From a virus (lineage: Duplodnaviria; Caudoviricetes): a stretch of 64,000 nt of DNA. The notes under the pieces were generated by a model. The model was not told where the DNA came from and did no database searches. It saw only the letters and a program-made list of their open reading frames with translations. The stretch is taken from positions 1 to 64,000 of the IMG/VR virus record IMGVR_UViG_3300036793_000060; one strand, 5' to 3'. Of the stretch, positions 54,401 through 62,043 are shown in pieces. Numbering within the stretch: position 1 is the stretch's first letter; each line of letters begins with the position of its first letter. Both the position numbers and the translations under genes were made by a program.

Positions 54401-55368
54401 GGGTCCTCAGACTCCCTGGTGCTTGCGTCCCGCGTCCACTCCCCGTGGCGGTTACGGTGCTCAAGGGGGTCGAACCGCCAGCCCAGCTCGGTGACGGCCG
54501 GGGGCGGCGGCGCCTGGATCATGGCCAGCTCGATGGTGTGCGCGGTGTCGTCTCGGGCCAACACCTGGTACCTGCTGCCCCGTGGCAGCACCCACTCTCC
54601 CAGGTCGCCTTCGCCCGGCATGACGTGCTGGCCGACCTTCGCGTGCACGATCACGTGGTACGGGGTGCCCGTGTGCTTGCGTGCCTCGGGATCGAGCACC
54701 GACGGGATCTGCGACCTGAACCGGGCGAACTGGTCAGCCCACTCAGACGACACGCTGGTGGACGTGTAGTTCGGGTCGGTGAACTGCGCGCCCGGCTTCA
54801 TCTTCTCCGACAGTGCCGGGGTCATCGCGATGCCCCGGTGAAAGTCCGTGTCCTCGGCCAGCGAGTGCCTGGACTCCGCGCTGTCCAGCTTGTTAATGGC
54901 ATCCTTGACGACAAGCTCGTCCTTTATGCTCCCCCGGAGCAGTGACTTGTCACCGCGCAGCAGCCCGGCGATTAGCGCATTGTCGCCGGGCGCTACGTAG
55001 TCCTCTATTGCCGTCTTCTCATTGGGTGTGTACTCACGCCCGGTTAGCTCGCTGTCCAGGTGCGGCGGCGCTGGCTGGAATCCGAAGTACTTAGGCGGGA
55101 TGGTGCCGCGCGGGTCGAGGAACCTGCCCGTGCTGTCGCTTGCCTCGTAGGGGAAGTCGACGGTCTTCCCGCCCTTGAACCGCACCGTGGCCTTGTGCTC
55201 GTCCTCGAACACGTCCGTAACCTGGCCCCTGCCGTAGTCCGGGTGCTGTACTCGGCGTCCGACCGGTGCCATCCCTGACAGGCTCCCGACGATCCACCGC
55301 CCGTGCGACCCTCGAAGCTCGTGCTCCCAGGCAGCCAGGTCGAGCTGCTCGGATATCTGCGCGGTCAT
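51493..55368 (-). CDS. Polyvalent head-cargo protein: SH3-like, VIP2-type ART, helical domain, Arr-like ART, unknown domain, C-terminal TM
   Basis: ATG at 55368 (ATGA overlap); domain motifs are given in the findings. Confidence 0.85.
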   Translation of the reverse strand: MTAQISEQLDLAAWEHELRGSHGRWIVGSLSGMAPVGRRVQHPDYGRGQVTDVFEDEHKATVRFKGGKTVDFPYEASDSTGRFLDPRGTIPPKYFGFQPAPPHLDSELTGREYTPNEKTAIEDYVAPGDNALIAGLLRGDKSLLRGSIKDELVVKDAINKLDSAESRHSLAEDTDFHRGIAMTPALSEKMKPGAQFTDPNYTSTSVSSEWADQFARFRSQIPSVLDPEARKHTGTPYHVIVHAKVGQHVMPGEGDLGEWVLPRGSRYQVLARDDTAHTIELAMIQAPPPPAVTELGWRFDPLEHRNRHGEWTRDASTRESEDPHWDTPGTDYKVPDHDRLIRRRKDGSVISDPADHPFFAKHQMSAKNIVDAYHDSTPDERETGKRWYSDAHLLGRMLGSGDADKGAALLSVFSPQTAWPVNMMNAARSIELGHPVDKGIGVTGRIKDTAQAIMDGKTGDAAFPSPKTRAFYRLIRNGGDLPGESDGEVVIDRHALSVAAGKRLLKDDVDGKVKEDQAPVDSPQGYAHIADMYRQAAEQLRSEGEDVSPHQLQAITWQRQQRVNNAEDQLLIQAAQKGTPWKSAKGRATSVANFWDNWDSYAAAHNLDVQHGTTALAGIWGQAIELGFDDHEPRDPLGKWVSETTFYHGSGAKLGVGDYIEPGHDKSWGFDMHGTQATTTNLREAHGYATDAAKRKWFDAGKPEGGPKGWVYEVKPEGQVTRGTTLAEYRAPRWKIVKEGQKALWPGELNQAGILSNSVYDQVIELGLHFDPLQPRDSRGRWSRFPGAREAEETMSKNREGFSVSPRTGESPPGGFMVALEGHTHRYPAEILDDQVKLRHAIDDLLVKEKESFKGHDMYLGGWVEDGKLWLDPSQNVPDRATAERLGKERDQVGIFDLNTFETISTGGSGGGHITDHQLAWPSQGPRGYTGRLLGPDGGREAGGGGQASDGHPQGIAAQAVELGVLHHFNPGQLRGPHGRWVKAGSAPGEPLPRRTPAGTAATLMQVRSARKARTMAATPRPRATPVRTTGEKRMELRAQKAVAAGKVTSVKGAVEQMRLAGHSPGGWRASGEAMDLHTRLMNDAAFKLADKLGVDDPVRADLGDLLRAQAQVMSDMHDRMSALESTQRQQFQRALKTERELHTVRGRELAEEKRARAAEESQAAIEAKDEARHSMRSALTTAMSVAIGGVIGIGAYFTGLHGEVPDMMGVVVPAVAATVGAAGPALADAVYGMARMRKKSQKTVQHATPAATPALVRMVRSELARQMVGAGLDAMSAASLTREVMSAAGY

Positions 55369-55628
55369 GAGAAGTCCAGGTCGCTCTCGCCCCAGGTGAA
55401 CCGGGGCGCGTGCTGCTCGGTCGTCACCTCGGGCTGGCCTACGGTTCCCTTCAGCCTGGCCAGCATGGTGCCCGCGTCCTGGACCTGCATGAGGGCCTTG
55501 CCGTCGGGCAGCGTCTGGGCCAGGGCGCCGACCTGCCTGATTGCCTCGTCCACCCGGCCTGCCGGGTCTTCCCACGCCCAGCTGGCGATGTCCGCCGCCT
55601 GCTGCCCCTCGGGGGTGAGCTGGATCAT
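55365..55628 (-). CDS. Hypothetical protein
   Basis: Coupled ORF ending in DLDFS. Confidence 0.6.
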   Translation of the reverse strand: MIQLTPEGQQAADIASWAWEDPAGRVDEAIRQVGALAQTLPDGKALMQVQDAGTMLARLKGTVGQPEVTTEQHAPRFTWGESDLDFS

Positions 55629-57772
55629 GGCCTCGCCGCCTCTGGGTGCCTCTGTATGGCCAGTGCGTACGCCTGCGCTGCCTGCAGCGCGCGGTCGTAC
55701 GCATCGCTCATCTGTACCACGGCATCCCCGCCGATCTTCGGATTCGGGCCTATCTCTCGGAGCGCGGCCTTCGTGATAGACGGGTCAGGGACGTCATTGC
55801 CTGTCGCAAGCATGGCGACCTGCGTGGCCATGGCCCACCGCTTGCCTGCCGGCCCCTGCCGGTTGATCTCGTCGGAGACCGCCCGGATGCCCTCCGGCCC
55901 GTTGCCCCTCGCGTCGGCCACCAGCCTGGCCCACTGGTAGGCGGCTGCCGTCTGCTGCGGGTAGTGACCCCACGCGTCGCCGTTCATGATGCGGTCGGGA
56001 TTCTGCAGGCGCTCCGCGTACTCGCTCAGGGTGGCGTGCTTCTGGCTGCCCAGGGCCTTCCACTCGCCGATCATCTTCCTCAGCCTGTCGGCGTCCCCGG
56101 AGAACTCCGGCCAGCCGGAGTGCTGGAGCTTGGACAGGTGCGACAGCGCATTGACGTCGTCGTGGTACACCGCGATGTACATCCGCACGTCGCCCAGTGA
56201 CCGCGCGATCTCCAGGGCCTGCGCCTGGCCGTGCGGGAGCGACGAGTCCGCCAGCCTCCTCTGGATGTCGCCGATCGCCTTCTTGATCTCGCCCAGCTTG
56301 GCCAGCGCCTCCGGGTTGTCGACCGGGGCGCCGTTCTCGTCTACTGCGGTAATCGGCGTGGGACGGCCTCCCACGCCCATCGCATCGAAGAACTCCGGGG
56401 CGTGGAATATGGCCCCCAGCTCGGTATTGCCCTCCTCGATCGCCGCATTAGTCGGGTCCTGGTAGGCGGACATGTGCGCCTTGTAGCTCTCCGGCGCCTT
56501 GGGAATGGCGCTCACGCCCTTTGCTGACAGCCGCCATTCCTCGGGCTTCACTGTAATTACGCCCGCGTAGTTCTTCTCCGTCCGCTGCTCACGGTGCTCC
56601 AGGTACCCGCTGTCCGACAGGCTGGCGAGGGTGATGTCACTGGCGTCGGACAGCCCGTGCTCGGCTTGCAGCTCGGCCAGCGAGTGATATGAGCCTTCCG
56701 GGCCGTCCCGGTACGTGAACGAGTCCATGTGGTCGAACGCCAGCAGGGCGTCGGACTGCCTCTGCGTGACGCCGGGAACCGTCCGGTCTGTGCTGCCGGG
56801 GAGCGTCCCGTGGATCAGCTCGTGCAGCTGGATCATGAGTGCCTCGGGGTGCTTGACCTCGCCGTCGGACTCCATGTCCTCGCGCACCTGGGCGGCGATC
56901 ACGTCGGAGACGCGCATCCGCCCGTCCCAGTCCAGGTCAGCCTCCAGGTACGGGTTGCCCGAGGCGGCGAAGACTCCTAGCTGGCCGTTCCACGCGCTGT
57001 GCTCCCTGCCGCCGAGCAGGCCGGGCGCCCTGCCGCTGAGCAGGCCGGGCACGATCTTGGCTGCCTTGTCCGCCCACTTCAGCGCGTACTCCTGGTCAGT
57101 GCCCTTCTGGACGACGTCGCCCTGCATCATGTTCACCCGGTGGATCAGCGACCTCAGTCGCTTCTCCTGGTTCAGGTCCCGCTTGTCGTGGGCCAGGTCA
57201 GCGGCCAGGCCTATGAAGTGCGCAGCCTTACCCCTGTAGTTCGTGTTCGGGTCGGACGCCTCCAGCACGCGCGCCGCCCAGCGCAGCCGCTCGCCGATGT
57301 CGTCGTTGCCCATGTCCTCGGCGCCCTTGGCCTCCTTGAGGATCTGGTTGCGCAGGTCGGCGTCGGTGGAGAACTTCTCCGGCTTGGGCGTGGTGTCCTT
57401 GCGGGATTCCCTCGTGATCTCGTCAATCATCGACTTCAGCGTCTCCGGGCTGCCCATCCCGCTCGCGCTGGGCTTCTCGGTGATCAGCTTGATGGCCGTC
57501 CGCAGGTGCTTCTTCGCGTCCAGCGGCTTGCCGTCCTGCAGCGCCCGGTCAGCGTCTCCCATGATCTGGCTGAAGATCGGCCACGCCCCCGGCTCACCGC
57601 CGAGCATCTGCAGCCTCTTGCTGACGCTGGAGTAGTCGGGGCCGCCGGATCCCCCGCTCCTGGCCCACTCACCGTTCTTCCCGCGCAGCTCGTGCATCCA
57701 GGCGGTCTCCCACCCCGCCAGGTCCAGCTGCTCGCTGATCAGCCCAGCGTGGCCAGTTCGATCGCCGTCCAC
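55625..57772 (-). CDS. Polyvalent head-cargo protein with zincin metallopeptidase
   Basis: QLHELIHG and a downstream IEEGNTE. Confidence 0.8.
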   Translation of the reverse strand: MDGDRTGHAGLISEQLDLAGWETAWMHELRGKNGEWARSGGSGGPDYSSVSKRLQMLGGEPGAWPIFSQIMGDADRALQDGKPLDAKKHLRTAIKLITEKPSASGMGSPETLKSMIDEITRESRKDTTPKPEKFSTDADLRNQILKEAKGAEDMGNDDIGERLRWAARVLEASDPNTNYRGKAAHFIGLAADLAHDKRDLNQEKRLRSLIHRVNMMQGDVVQKGTDQEYALKWADKAAKIVPGLLSGRAPGLLGGREHSAWNGQLGVFAASGNPYLEADLDWDGRMRVSDVIAAQVREDMESDGEVKHPEALMIQLHELIHGTLPGSTDRTVPGVTQRQSDALLAFDHMDSFTYRDGPEGSYHSLAELQAEHGLSDASDITLASLSDSGYLEHREQRTEKNYAGVITVKPEEWRLSAKGVSAIPKAPESYKAHMSAYQDPTNAAIEEGNTELGAIFHAPEFFDAMGVGGRPTPITAVDENGAPVDNPEALAKLGEIKKAIGDIQRRLADSSLPHGQAQALEIARSLGDVRMYIAVYHDDVNALSHLSKLQHSGWPEFSGDADRLRKMIGEWKALGSQKHATLSEYAERLQNPDRIMNGDAWGHYPQQTAAAYQWARLVADARGNGPEGIRAVSDEINRQGPAGKRWAMATQVAMLATGNDVPDPSITKAALREIGPNPKIGGDAVVQMSDAYDRALQAAQAYALAIQRHPEAARP

Positions 57773-58521
57773 GTGTCCTCCCAGCTCAGCCTCGCGTTCC
57801 GCCGCCTGTTCGCCGCCTGCTGGGCGATCAGCCTCCGCCGCGACTCGCCGGACGCGTACGCCTGGGCCTGCGCGGTTCGCCTCAGCGACTCGGCGTTGTC
57901 GGCCGGGTTGCGGGCCAGCCCCTCGTTCATGGGCAGCTTCCGCAGCTTGTCGGCCGCCGCCGACAGCCGGTCGGAGTACTCCGGGCGCATCCGCCGCTCA
58001 GTGGCCGAGTCTGCCTTCAGCGTCCCGGCGTGCACGCGCGCCAGGGACGGCTGGCCTCGCTCGATCATGGTGGCCGCGCGCCGGAGCGTCCTGGCCGTCT
58101 CGGACTCGGGGACCTTGTCCGGTGACGTGCCGCCGGCCCGCTGCATGTCGTGGAAGCTGGCGCCGCCGCCGTGCGTCTTGAGCAGGTTGTAGTTCTCCAC
58201 CTGCCTGCGGTCGGCCTCCGCCGCCAGCGCCCTCAGCTCCTTCGCGTGCTCGGGCGACCCCGCGCTGGCGGGCATCGCCTTGTGCGCGAGGGCGCCGCGC
58301 GAACCCTCGCTGGACCGCGCCACGCCGACGGACTTCTCGCCGAACCCGCGCCTTCGCAGCGAGTTGCCCCGCAGGTCGACGCCATGCCGGCCGCCGGGCG
58401 GGACAGACGGCAGGCCTGGGCCGCCGACGTACCGCCAGCCGTGCACGTACCCCTTAGGCCCGGCCAGCTCGACCGCGCCAGCCCCCAGGACTGCGAGCAG
58501 GATGGCCTCATCGATGTTCAC
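57739..58521 (-). CDS. Head-associated basic hypothetical protein
   Basis: AVELAGPKGYVHGW..VG. Confidence 0.7.
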   Translation of the reverse strand: MNIDEAILLAVLGAGAVELAGPKGYVHGWRYVGGPGLPSVPPGGRHGVDLRGNSLRRRGFGEKSVGVARSSEGSRGALAHKAMPASAGSPEHAKELRALAAEADRRQVENYNLLKTHGGGASFHDMQRAGGTSPDKVPESETARTLRRAATMIERGQPSLARVHAGTLKADSATERRMRPEYSDRLSAAADKLRKLPMNEGLARNPADNAESLRRTAQAQAYASGESRRRLIAQQAANRRRNARLSWEDTWTAIELATLG

Positions 58522-60617
58522 TTGAGCCTCGCAGCCTGCGCGGTCAGCTGTGCCGCCTGCGCCTGTAGCTGGGATATCTGCGTGTTAAGCGTGGCTATGC
58601 CCGCCCTGAGCTGGGCCGCGCTCGCGGGCGGCCTGGCTGCCGTTGCCGTCGTCTTCTTCGCTGCCGTGGTGGTGGCCGTAGTCGTCTTCGCTGCCGTGGT
58701 GGTGGCTGCCGGGGCGTTGGACGCCGTGGTCGATGCCTTCGCGGTCGTCTTGGACCCCGCCTGGCCGGTTGTCACCTTGCCGCTCGCGCTGGCCAGGGCC
58801 TTCATCATCGCGTTGCGCTGGGCGATCAGCGTGTTCGCCCTGGCCCGGTCGTTCCTGGCCTGAGACAGCATCGCCGACCTCTTCTGCGCCACGACCTTCA
58901 GGTGCGACAGGTGGGCCATGTGCTTCTGGTGCGCGGTGGGCTGCTTGCCCTTGGCCTGCTGGCCCTTCTGCGCCTGCTGGCCGCCGCTGCCGTACTGGCC
59001 GAGCACGTTGCGCGAGTCCTTGGCCGATCCTGCCGCCGTGCCTGTCAGCTCGATTGCCGCGCATACGTCGTCCCACGTTGCATTAGCGTGTGCATGCGCT
59101 CTTGCCTCCGCGACCTTCTCCAGGGCAAGGCTCCCGGCCGCCGCCGCGCGCACCTCGGGGTGGACGTGGCCGCCGCCGCGCTCCCACTTGCGCAGCGCTG
59201 CCCAGGCGATCGGGTAGGCCTTCCCCGGCGGCATCCCCCTCTTCTCGATCAGGGCCTTGACCACCTGCTGGAAGTACGGGGAGTGCATGTTCCCCTTGAC
59301 GTTGTACAAGCCTGGCCCGCCGGGCTTGCCGCGCGGGGCAGGGGTCGCCGCCAGCCTCGCGGTGTCCGCTGACAGGTCCAGGGCTGCCCGCTCGGCATCA
59401 CCCCAGCTCGTCGACACGCCAGGCAGGCTGCGCGTGCGCTGGTCGGCCATCATCGGCCCGTAGGCCCGTGAGACCTTGCCCCACTGCGCCTGCAGATCCT
59501 TGTGCGCCTTAGTTACGCTGGCTGCCGCGCGAGGGTCGCGGGCCTGAAGGTCACTCAGCATGCGCAGCTTGGACGGGGGCCGGTAGTTGCCCACGATCGT
59601 GCGGTCCAGCAGCTCACGCCGCGCGGCCTCCTGCGCCTGCGGATCAACGTTAGCGGGGACGGACGTGTGGAAGCCCGCGTCATTCTCCAGGTCGTCATTG
59701 GACTTGCCGTGGGCGGCTGACAGCGTGGTCGCGTCAGGCTCGAACCCCAGCGCTGCCTCCTCCTTGTGCACGTACGATGTGTCATTGACGGGGGCAGAGC
59801 GGACCTGGCCGGCCATCCTGCGCAGCGCGCTGGCGTCGCCTGGGCTGCGCGCCCGGTCTGCATTGCCGTCGATCTCATCGGCCGCCTCATGGACCCGGCC
59901 CGCCATCACAAGGGCGGGCGCACTGGCCCGGTAGCCGGGCACGCGGTCCACCTTGTGCCGGGCGTACGCCTTCTCGATTGCATCGGCCGCCCCCGCCCGG
60001 TCCCACTCCCCGCGTGCGTTGCGACGCTCCAGGGGGTTGAACAGCGACAAGTCGATGGCACGGCCACCGCTCCTGGACGCTGCCACCTGCCTCGTGGCCG
60101 GCCCGGTGACCTTCTGCGGCATCGCCACGCTGGCGTCCGGGCCTCCGGTGGGCAGCGCCCGTGCCCCGCCCGGCTGCTGGCCCGTGGGCACAGCCGCGAG
60201 GGGCGACGTCGGCGTGCCCTGCTCGGGGAAGTCAGACGCGCGGGGCAGCGAGTTGTTGTGGTCCTCGTCGTCGGCGATGTCCTTGACCAGCAGCAGGTGC
60301 CTGTGCACGGCGTCCATGTTCAGCTTGGCCCGGTGGTAGTCCGCGTCGCTGGTGATGCCGTGCCTGTACAGGGACTGCGGCGCGGCATTGCCGATCGCCG
60401 CCGTCAGGTGCCTCTGGGCGGCCTGAGTGGCGCCGCGCTCCAGGGCGCTGGCCGCGTCCCTCAGGTGCTGGTGCATGCCCATCTCAGGGTGGTCGTCCTT
60501 GAGCCTGCCCGCGAGCTGGCGCATGCTGCCCGCCGTCTCCCTGCGCCGGCTGGCTACCGGCCGGTAGGCCGTGGCCCTGCTCGCCGGGGGCCGGTACGAT
60601 CCCGCCTTACCTGCCAC
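58518..60617 (-). CDS. Head-associated multidomain hypothetical protein
   Basis: GTG start overlapping the MuF end; IDLSLFNPLERRNARGEW; ALIEKRGM..GKAY.IA. Confidence 0.75.
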   Translation of the reverse strand: MAGKAGSYRPPASRATAYRPVASRRRETAGSMRQLAGRLKDDHPEMGMHQHLRDAASALERGATQAAQRHLTAAIGNAAPQSLYRHGITSDADYHRAKLNMDAVHRHLLLVKDIADDEDHNNSLPRASDFPEQGTPTSPLAAVPTGQQPGGARALPTGGPDASVAMPQKVTGPATRQVAASRSGGRAIDLSLFNPLERRNARGEWDRAGAADAIEKAYARHKVDRVPGYRASAPALVMAGRVHEAADEIDGNADRARSPGDASALRRMAGQVRSAPVNDTSYVHKEEAALGFEPDATTLSAAHGKSNDDLENDAGFHTSVPANVDPQAQEAARRELLDRTIVGNYRPPSKLRMLSDLQARDPRAAASVTKAHKDLQAQWGKVSRAYGPMMADQRTRSLPGVSTSWGDAERAALDLSADTARLAATPAPRGKPGGPGLYNVKGNMHSPYFQQVVKALIEKRGMPPGKAYPIAWAALRKWERGGGHVHPEVRAAAAGSLALEKVAEARAHAHANATWDDVCAAIELTGTAAGSAKDSRNVLGQYGSGGQQAQKGQQAKGKQPTAHQKHMAHLSHLKVVAQKRSAMLSQARNDRARANTLIAQRNAMMKALASASGKVTTGQAGSKTTAKASTTASNAPAATTTAAKTTTATTTAAKKTTATAARPPASAAQLRAGIATLNTQISQLQAQAAQLTAQAARLK

Positions 60618-61266
60618 TGGGTAGCATCCTTCCTCCCGGCCATGGCCGCCCTGGGTAGCACCTGCAGTGCGGGTGCACCCCTCCGGGGAACCCGATGGAC
60701 GGCATGCTCGTGACGTTGAAGTTCCGGCCGTTGGCCGCCCGGCACTCAGCTGACGTGTGCTTGTCAAGGACAGTGTGCCACCCCAGCAGCAGCCCGTACG
60801 TGGACGCGGCTGTGTCGGCCATCGCGGCTGCCTGCCTGCGCTGCCAGATGGCCGTCATGTGCTGGCCGAAGAACCTCCGCTCGCGGGTCACCGACTCCGC
60901 CAGCGCCTGGGTGAGAGGGATCCCGTGGCTGCGGGCGGCGATGATGTCGGCGGTGATCCTGCGCGTCGCCATGACCGCGAACTGAGCGCGCCGCAGCAGG
61001 TTCAGCCTGGCCACCTGCGCGCTGGCTGGCCCGCTGATCCCGTGCGCGTCGGGCGGCATGCCCATCACCACGTCCAGGGCCGCCCTGAGCGCAAGCCCCT
61101 CGCTCCTCGCCTGCAGCCAGGCTGGCGTCGCGGTGATGATGGCTGCGGCTGCGGCCACGGTGACCTCGGTCGCCAGCACCGAGGCGATCACGACGGCCAG
61201 TGGCATGACGGGAGGAGCCTGCCCCGCCGCCGGGGGCTGCGACTGGGGCGGCGCCGGGGTGGTCAT
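60607..61266 (-). CDS. MuF-like minor capsid / head morphogenesis protein
   Basis: D..TS.EC...NG...PG.VHPHCRC. Confidence 0.85.
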   Translation of the reverse strand: MTTPAPPQSQPPAAGQAPPVMPLAVVIASVLATEVTVAAAAAIITATPAWLQARSEGLALRAALDVVMGMPPDAHGISGPASAQVARLNLLRRAQFAVMATRRITADIIAARSHGIPLTQALAESVTRERRFFGQHMTAIWQRRQAAAMADTAASTYGLLLGWHTVLDKHTSAECRAANGRNFNVTSMPSIGFPGGVHPHCRCYPGRPWPGGRMLPSGR

Positions 61267-61583
61267 TTCCTGTAGCGCTGCGTGCGCCATATCGCGATGC
61301 AGCGCCAGAGGATGCTCACCGGGATGAGCCAGATGGCCACCGTGTCAATCCACAGGAATGCGTAGGCGTCCGGGTTAAGCCCGATAACACGGTGCAGGAA
61401 AGGCCCGAGAAGGGCCAGTGCCACGGTGGCGTCAAAGAATATGACATTCCACCCGAACTCATTCTTCCACCATGGCCAGTAGCCGATCTTGGGAATGCCG
61501 ATGGCGGGAAACAGTACCGAGAGGATAAACGCGACGATGACCCCGTTCTCAATGAGGTCAACCAGCAGGTGCTCCGTTACCAC
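61263..61583 (-). CDS. Putative holin (3 TM)
   Basis: Three hydrophobic helices, WW...G motif, basic C-terminal tail. Confidence 0.6.
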   Translation of the reverse strand: MVTEHLLVDLIENGVIVAFILSVLFPAIGIPKIGYWPWWKNEFGWNVIFFDATVALALLGPFLHRVIGLNPDAYAFLWIDTVAIWLIPVSILWRCIAIWRTQRYRK

Positions 61584-61767
61584 TATTCCCCTCCCTGCGC
61601 TCGCGGACCAGGTCGCTCACCATGCCTGCGACGTGGTTCTGCTCGATCATCTCATGGAATGTCCGCCGCAGCGGCTCAGTCTCCGCCAGCCTCTTCTCCG
61701 ACAGCTCCCGCTCCGCGCGGGCAGCTGCTACCCCTCCCCTCATGTGCCTCCTCCAGAACCATTTCAC
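61558..61767 (-). CDS. Lysis-cassette-type small protein
   Basis: MKWFW...A...S...L...NH.A resembles small proteins of actinophage lysis cassettes. Confidence 0.55.
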   Translation of the reverse strand: MKWFWRRHMRGGVAAARAERELSEKRLAETEPLRRTFHEMIEQNHVAGMVSDLVRERREGNSGNGAPAG

Positions 61768-62012
61768 TGGCTAATCTCCTTACGGAGTCCGGTCATCACT
61801 TCCCTGACGACGTGTGCCGTCTGGACATTGATGTCCGATCGGGTGCGCTCATCGTGCAGCGCCTGCGTCAGGTCCGCGATCTGCTTGTCCTTGGCATCCA
61901 TCGCGCCCTTGGTGTTAAGCCAGCCGGTGACGATGAGCGCCAGGACGATGACGAGCACACTGGCCGCGCCCACGCCCCCGTCGAACAAGGCCACGACATC
62001 TGTGACTCCCAC
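61764..62012 (-). CDS. Membrane protein (1 TM + coiled coil), lysis-cassette type
   Basis: VLVIVLALIVTGWL followed by a coiled coil. Confidence 0.6.
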   Translation of the reverse strand: MGVTDVVALFDGGVGAASVLVIVLALIVTGWLNTKGAMDAKDKQIADLTQALHDERTRSDINVQTAHVVREVMTGLRKEISQ

Positions 62013-62043
62013 GCCTGCGAACCTCCCCTGGATGTCAGGATCA

